Positions 54,710-63,000 of a stretch of DNA of 64,000 nucleotides are shown one piece after another. Each line of letters opens with the position of its first letter. The first letter of the stretch is position 1. The position numbers were made by a program, and so were the translations under genes. This DNA is from Octopus sinensis (taxonomy: Eukaryota). The notes beneath the pieces were generated by a model. That model worked only from the letters and a program-made list of their open reading frames with translations, was not told where the DNA came from and made no database searches. The stretch spans positions 167,834,001 through 167,898,000 of the forward strand of contig NC_042997.1 in assembly GCF_006345805.1 (NCBI RefSeq), given 5' to 3'.

Positions 54710-55682
54710 CTACTCTCTCTCTCTTTCTTTCTCTCTCTCTTCCCCCTCTCTGTGTCTCTCTCATTCTGTTTCTCCTCTCTCTCATTCTGTCTTTCCCTTT
54801 CTCTCGCTTGTCCTGTCTCTCCTCCTCTCTTGCTCTTCCTTCTCTCCCCTCTCTCTCATCCTCTCTCTCCCCTTCTCTCTCTCATCCTGTCTCTACCCCT
54901 CTCTCTCTGGTTCTGTCTCTCACTCACTCTCATCCTCTCTCTCCCCACTCTCTCATCCCATCTGTCTCTCCTCTCCTGTCCTGTCTCTCCCCTCTCTCGT
55001 CCTGTCTCTCCCCTCTCTCTCATCCTGTCTCTCCCCCTCTTTTGTCCTGTCTTTCTCCTCACTCATTTTACCTTCCTCCTTCTCTCTCTTTTTCCCCACT
55101 TTGCATAATCATTTCCAGTTAGTCTTTTTTTTATATGTTCTTTGAATTAAACCTGTTAGCACTAACTTTGTTTCATGAATTAGCCATTTTAGCACAACTT
55201 AATTTTACTCTATTGTGATTACAGATCATTATTCATGCCACACTGGACATCTACAAGAAAGTTGTTACCAAGTTTTTACCTACTCCTTCAAAATCTCATT
55301 ATGTCTTCAACCTTCGAGATTTTGCACGTGTCATACAGGTGAGAAGTGAAACAGATATGTTATATGTTATATCAATGAGAGACATGGTGTCAGCTTCATA
55401 GGTCATACACGTGAAAGGTCATTCAAATATTATTAAATGGCATACAGTAGATGACAGTAGATTAGCAAACGTATTGGGCAACATTTCTCAACCGGGGTTC
55501 CCTGGAATCCTAGGGTTCTGCAAATGGTTCCTTAGGGTTCCATAAGAAAGAGTGAGATAAGCTAATGCTAATTTCATGATTGTAATATCACTATACATGC
55601 ACAACATATTACTGGTTATTGTAACATTGTAATATAGGTATCATCCTATCTAACTTATTATGTTATCAAAAAAATATAACAA

Positions 55683-55715
<33 letters not shown>

Positions 55716-58673
55716 ACCAGGTAAGTTAGGGGTTGTGAATCCAACCCACTAAGGGATAATACTTATCCAGTATATTGTTGGTATAATACCCAATTATTAA
55801 TACACAAGTGTTTTTACTTTCAATGCAATAAACTTACTTATTGTATTAAATGGGTGAAGGTAAAGAAATATTTTACCATTAATTTATAATACAAATAAGA
55901 AAATGGAGAAACAATTTAGTTGGTTCATCAGCTTTAGGATATTAAAATGTTAACTTATTTATATATATATATATATGATGTTTACCACATGAACTATGAT
56001 GAAAAAATATGAGAATGATATGGTATATAATTTTTTTGTGCAGGGGTTCCTTGAGACATGTAATTTATTTTAAGTGTTAAACAAGGGTAAAAAGATTGAG
56101 AAACACTGCTGTAGAGAGTGAGAAAATTACTTTGCAGTATTTCTTCCAATGTTTAACATTCTAAGTTCAAATCTTTCAGAGGTCAACTTTGCATTTCATC
56201 CATCTGAGTCAATAAAATAAAGCACCTGCTAAGTACCAGCTTTGCACTTAAATTAGAAGCGCATTATATGGCATACAATACTGTACTTTGGCTAAATTGG
56301 CAGAGATATATACAAATAAAAAAAGTACCAGTCAATTGCCCTCACAAATTACTTGTCTTATGTTTAAATTAAAAGCAATTATATGGCATGCAACACAGTA
56401 GTTTGGCTGCATTGGTAGAGATGTAGAGAAAATACCTTGTGGTATTTTATCTAATTTATCTATACAGCAATTAGGATGTTTTCTGTGAGACAGTGTATTG
56501 TAGTCAAGCAGAGTATGCTACTGAATAAACGTTTTTCAACCACTATCCTACAGTGTGTTTGTATGCCATATATGGTCCACAAGTAGAAACAGGTCAGGAA
56601 ATACCCGTATATTTTGAAAACTTGTTTTTAATGCATTGCATTAGCACATGTTTATTCCTTTTGCAGCAAAGTACAATGGATATACCCATCTCTGTTTTAA
56701 AATTAATTTACGTACTTCTTTTTATAAGATAGCATTTTTTTAAAAATTAGTGTACATACTATTTTTCGCACTTGATTCAGTGTGCCATAGAACAAAAAAA
56801 TGTTGAATATTGCCAAAATTGCCATTGTAATGTGTAATACAGTATGTTAATCATAGTATGTTGTATATCATGGTACATTATTACACAAGAAGTTATTCAA
56901 GGCATATATAGGGCAAGCTGGCAGAATTGTTAGCACGCTGGCCGAAATGCTTAGCAGTATTTCATCTGCCGTTACGTTCTGAGTTCAAATTCCACTCAGG
57001 TCAACTTTGCCTTTCATCCTTTTGGGGTCGATTAAATAAGTACCAGTTACGCACTGGGATCGATATAATCGACTTAATCCGTTTGTCTGTCCTTGTTTGT
57101 CCTCTCTGTGTTTAGCCTCTTGTGGGTAGTAAAGAAATAGGTATAGTGTAACAGATTTTCATATTGGATGGTGGGATCTAATATGTTATATGGGATTTAA
57201 AGTGGTAATCAGGATATCTAATACTGGCAACCAGAGTATGCTGAATGTATATTGTTGTGCAATTTATTCATATACTGGGTTCGATATATACATTAAGCCA
57301 TTATTTAAACATAATAATTTTATCTTTATTCAAACATAAATTGAAACAATACTATTTGCAAAAATAGTCGCAAACATTGTGTAAAGATTCCTAACATCCT
57401 CTTGTTTTATTGTTAATCCTTAATCAAACAAAATCTGAACAAATTGTAGCACTGAAAATGGCTGGTATAAAGAATTAAGAACTATGATGAAAGCAAAGAG
57501 TAGTCATTTTGAATTGTAAACAGATGTAAAATATTGTCAATAAATATAACAATCAACCTGTAAACTTTCATTAACCAAAACTTAAAGCTTGTTATCTTAT
57601 GATAAAGTGAATAATGGGTGAATATATATACCACACTTGGTATATTCAAATTTTCAGATGACAGTAACAATAGAAAAGGGAAAACTGGACTCACAAGATG
57701 TATGAAGGCCCTTTATTTGGAATGTTGGTGACATGTAAAAAGCACCAACCGATCGTGGCTGTTTGCCAGCCTCCTCTGGCCCCTGTGCTGGTGGCATGTA
57801 AAAAGCACCCACTACACTCACGGAGTGGTTGGCATTAGGAAGGGCATCCAGCTGTAGAAACACTGCCAGATCAGACAGGAGCCTGGCACAGCCTCCTGGC
57901 TTCCCAGACCCCAGTCAAACCGTCCAACCCATGCTAGCATGGAAAACGGACGTTAAACGGTGGTGGTGGTGGTGGTGGTGGTGGTGGTGGTGGTGGTAGT
58001 GGCGGTGGCGGCAGCAGCAGCAGCAGCTCAGTCTTGCTGTGAATGACTGCCAATTCACAGCATGACTGAGTTACACAGAACAAATGTCAAGGTTGTAATT
58101 GCTGCTCACCATGAGATTATCTATCATTAGAGCATAAGCCAGAATGCCTCATATTTGTTCCAGTTCTCTGAGTTCAAATTCCACCCGAGCCAACTTTAGC
58201 TTTCGACTTTTTTTAGGCACGATAAAATAGTACCCATTGGTTGGTGTATTAGCAGAACTGCAAGAAAGTTGGATCAGATGCTTTGCAATATTTTTTTTAG
58301 TTCCTATATTTCAGTTTATTCAGTCAATTCTGCCAAACCTCTATCAATTTGTAATCTTATAATGAATATGAGAAATTGTTATATTATGTGCATCACATCT
58401 AAATATTGTTATATTTACATCCAGATTTGACCAAGCTAAGCATTTGCAATTCCATTTGTCACTTCACTTTTTTTTTTTTACAGGGTATTCTCCTATTTTC
58501 CCCACAGTCTGTCTCAGAAGATCCAGAATGCATTCATAAAATCATTCGCTTGTGGACACATGAGACTTATCGCTTGTTTTCAGACCGTCTTGTTGATCAG
58601 GCTGACCAAGAGTCTTTCTTTAAAATTCTTAAGGTAAAGGTAGATTTAATTTGTTCATTTGTCATTATTGTTA

Positions 58674-58709
<36 letters not shown>

Positions 58710-59993
58710 TATTATTATTATTATCATCATTATTATTATTGAGTGAGAGAGCAGTACATGCCATCAAAATGACATTGGGGTAAAATATACAAAGCCCAGT
58801 ATACTCATCATGACTACCCGTCTGATAAGGGTACACTAGGCACATGCGTCACAACCATATGTGCACGACAAGGTGATCTCATATCAAGATAAACAGCACA
58901 TGACCTTGCAGGTGGGGCCCAGTTAGAATTTTATTCTGGTCGAGTAACCAATACCACTCAAAAGGTCCCTGAATAAGGGTTGTTTAAGGATGTTGAACAA
59001 AACACCCATGTTTCCAGAGGTGAATTATTCAAACCCCAAAGAATCCCTCTCAACACATGGCTATGATGCTCCCCCACTACTTCTGCTCATGATCAGAGAT
59101 GCACATATCATCAGCCACTAAGGGAAATGGTCAACTGGTTACGGTCAAGCAACTGACAAGCAAATCTGTGGTATTGAGCAGAATATTTGCTGTAGCCCAT
59201 CATTTATACCAAGACAAAACAATGTACATGAAAACACTTTCAATCAGTTAAGATCAGAAGCCACGAAAGCCACTGCCTGGTACTGCATCAGGGCATTTAT
59301 TATTATTATTATTATTACTTTTTTTTTTTCTTCTTTCAAATTTGCTTCCATTTCTTGCCGAGTGTCTTCCCGACTCCTAGGGCAAAGAAACTCATAGTAT
59401 ACATTGGTAGGCCATTAAACCAAACTCAATAGTTCGTTCATTTAAAAAAAAATTTTTTTTTAAGTTAAATTAAAATACATGAGCAGCAACAGTTCTCACA
59501 TCGACAATGCTCTTCTCAATACGTGTGATGTACCAGTTAAGACAATCTTTTGCACTTCTTGCAGGGATGGTAAGCCAGGGATCATTCTCATATAATTTTC
59601 GGTTCCCTTCTTGATCATTCCTAGTGCTCCTACGATCACTGGTATTGTAACCGCCTTGAGATGCCACATTTTCTCAATTTCAATGAGTAAGTCTTTATAT
59701 TTTCTGAGCTTGTCAAACTCTTTCGCTGAGATATTATGATCACAGGGGATGCTCATGTCGATCAATAAACAAACTTTATTGTTTTGGTCTTTCACAACAA
59801 TATCAGGTTTATTGGCCTTGATGGTTCGGTCTGTATGTACTGGAAAGTCCCACAGAATGGTTACATTTTCTCCTTCAGTTACAGCCTCAGGGTGGTGATT
59901 ATACCACTTGTCAGCAGTTTTGATATTGTAATGCCAACTTATTAGGCAGTGTAGATATTGGCCAACTCTGTCATGTCTTAATTTATACTCCAC

Positions 59994-60052
<59 letters not shown>

Positions 60053-63000
60053 TCCTCCTTCTCCTTCTCCTTCTTCTTGTGAGCTGGTAGAATCATTAGC
60101 ACACCAGACAAAATGCATAGCAACATTTCATATGTCCTTACATTCCAAGTTCAAATTCCACCAAGGTCACCTTTGCTTTTCATCCTTAAAATAAAATAAG
60201 CACCAGTTGAACACTGGAGTCAATGTAATTGATTTACAACGCAAGCCTGAAATTGCTGGCCTTGTGCCAAAATTTGAAACCATTATTATAATTACTATTA
60301 AGGCAGCAAGCTGGCAGAATTGTTAGCATACTGGACTAAGTGCTTTGTGACATTTCTTCCAGCTTTACATTCGGAGTTGAAATTCTGCTGACGTTGACTT
60401 TGCCTTTCATCCTACTGGGGTACTGGTTGAGCACTGGGTCAATATAATTCTTAAAGACAGGTTCTTAGTGTGGGATTCATTATTGCAAACAAACCTAATA
60501 TTCCAACAGTGTTAATACTTTTACCATTCTAAACATTCTCTATATATTTCAATATTCTGACCAGTCTAAGTACTCCAACATTGCTAACATTTTTAACATT
60601 CTAAACACTCAATCATTTTTAACTTTCTAGACATTCTAACATTCTAAACTGTTTAAGCATTCCTAACATTGTAAGCATTACCAAAATTCTACACATTCCT
60701 AAATGTTTCTAAGCATTCCCTAGACGTTTCTAAGCATCCCTTATATGTTTCTATCACCCAAACATTTCTAGGAATTCTCTAGACGTTTCTAAGCATCCTA
60801 CAAACATTTCTAACCATCTCCTAAACATTTCTAAGCATTTCCCAAACGTTTCTAAGTATCTCCTAAACGTTTATAAGTCTTCCTGAAACATTTATAATCA
60901 TTCCTTTAATGTTTTTAACCCTTTCGTTACTGTATTTATTTTGAAATGCTCTGTGTTTCTTTTAATTACTTTAAATATTACAAAGAATTTAGTAAAATAA
61001 CTTGGCTATCATTAAGCTAGTGTTAGGAACATAAATTGTGGCTAAGGTTTGGTGGAAGATTTTAATTCAAAACTTATGGAAACAAGACATTTGTACTCAG
61101 AGCCAGTTCTGGTTTCAGCCGGGTTGGTAATGAAAGGGTAAGCATTTCCTAAATGTTTTTGAATATTCTAAGCACTCCTCACACTTTAAACACTCCATCA
61201 TTTTTAACTTTCTAAACCTTTTAAACATTCCTAGCATACATACCACCATACCTAACTCCCTACATAATGTCATACTTATCTTTATGTTATGCTCTGTTCA
61301 TACTTCTATGCTTACTTTCATATCTCCCCCATTTTTACTTCTGTTCTTACAACCTCCATTCTTACCTCCAGACTTGTCTCTAGTCTTACCTTCAGACTTA
61401 ACTCCATTCTTACATCTACACTACCTGTTTTTCTAACTGCCAAACCTCCATATTCTATATTCCAGTTATCTATTGAAGCCCAATTCAAAGAAAAGTTCAA
61501 CTCTGTGTTTGGACATTTGGCCCCTAAAGGGAAACAAGTCACCCCAAAAGACATGAGGTGTTTAATATTTGGAGATTTCATGGAGCCTAAAGAAGGTAGT
61601 GTCAGGTTGTATGATGAGATTAGTGACCAGGATGAGTTGAGGCAGGTAAGTGTCTTGACTATAGATTATTCCCATCATCCTCATTGCCACCATCATCATC
61701 GCCACCATCATCATCGCCACCATCATCATCGCCACCATCCTCATTGCCACCATTATCATTGCCACCATCATCATCGCCACCATCATCATCGCCACCATCC
61801 TCATTGCCACCATCATCATTGCCACCATCATCATCACCACCATCATCATCGCCACCATCATCATCGCCACCATCATCATCGCCACCATCATCATCACCAC
61901 CATTATTATTGCTACCATCATCATCGCCATCATCATCATCATCATTGCCACCACCACCACCATCATTGTCACCACCACCATCATCATCACCACCACCATC
62001 ACCATCATCTCTAAAATAACTGAATGTGAGATGTGAATGGAATATTGTTTATAAGTAAAGCTTTATCATGTGATATGTTTCTGTGAAGGTAATTGAGAAA
62101 TACCTGGCTGATTACAATTTGATGAGTAAAACTCCAATGGATCTGGTCATGTTTCATTTGGCTGTTGAGCACATTACAAGGATCAACAGAGTTTTGAAGC
62201 AACCCAACGGTCACTGTTTACTCATTGGTGAGTATATAGTTTATGGTTCACTCAATAATTTTAATCATAACAACAAGAGCATGACAGACATGTGGCTCAT
62301 TAATGACACAGGTGTAATTCATTGAAAGCAGATTTAAAGAAGCAAATCTCATATCTAATGGGAAATTGTTGGGAGTAAGTGCTGGGGAACAACTGCCCAA
62401 TAACAGTTGAGACAAATGAAAATATATCACTTAAAGATCAAACTTTTGAATGACTATCAGATGTGATTCAATATCACCTGTTTATGGCAAACATTTGTAA
62501 CTAATTAATGGCAAAGTAATAACTCATCAATTATCAAAATAAAAGTAAGCAGATTCAGAAACTTTATTCCACAATGTAGATATAAAGTTTACAGCTTTCT
62601 TTTAAAAATCTGTTATATAGATTAGAAGTAGTATATTAATTTAAAATAGCCATCTATGCATCATACTCAATCTAGATACATAATTGAAAGGTAAGTTGCT
62701 GTTGTATTGATCCAGATATGACATCTTTGTTTAAAAACACCATGTATATCAGAAGGAGACAAATATTGTACCGGCTGTGGCTAACAAGAACACATAATGC
62801 ATTTTTCCCAAGTTAGGCCTTATCAGTGATATGTACTCATAGCCAGCCTCATGCCTAAATGAGAAGGCCCAACTAGGTTGAAATACATCTGGCATTCTTG
62901 TTAGCCACTGCTGGAACAATTTTCATCTCTTTTCAATATTTTTGTGCTTTCACACATAGCATGTTCATTAGTGATTTTTTTTCTGGATGAATATACAGTA

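Noticed and set aside
54247-55122. 291-aa ORF and overlapping ORFs
   Set aside because: Translation of (TG)n and (CT)n low-complexity DNA.
61562-62019. Poly-Met/Val and Pro/Ser ORFs
   Set aside because: Other reading frames of the 15-bp minisatellite.
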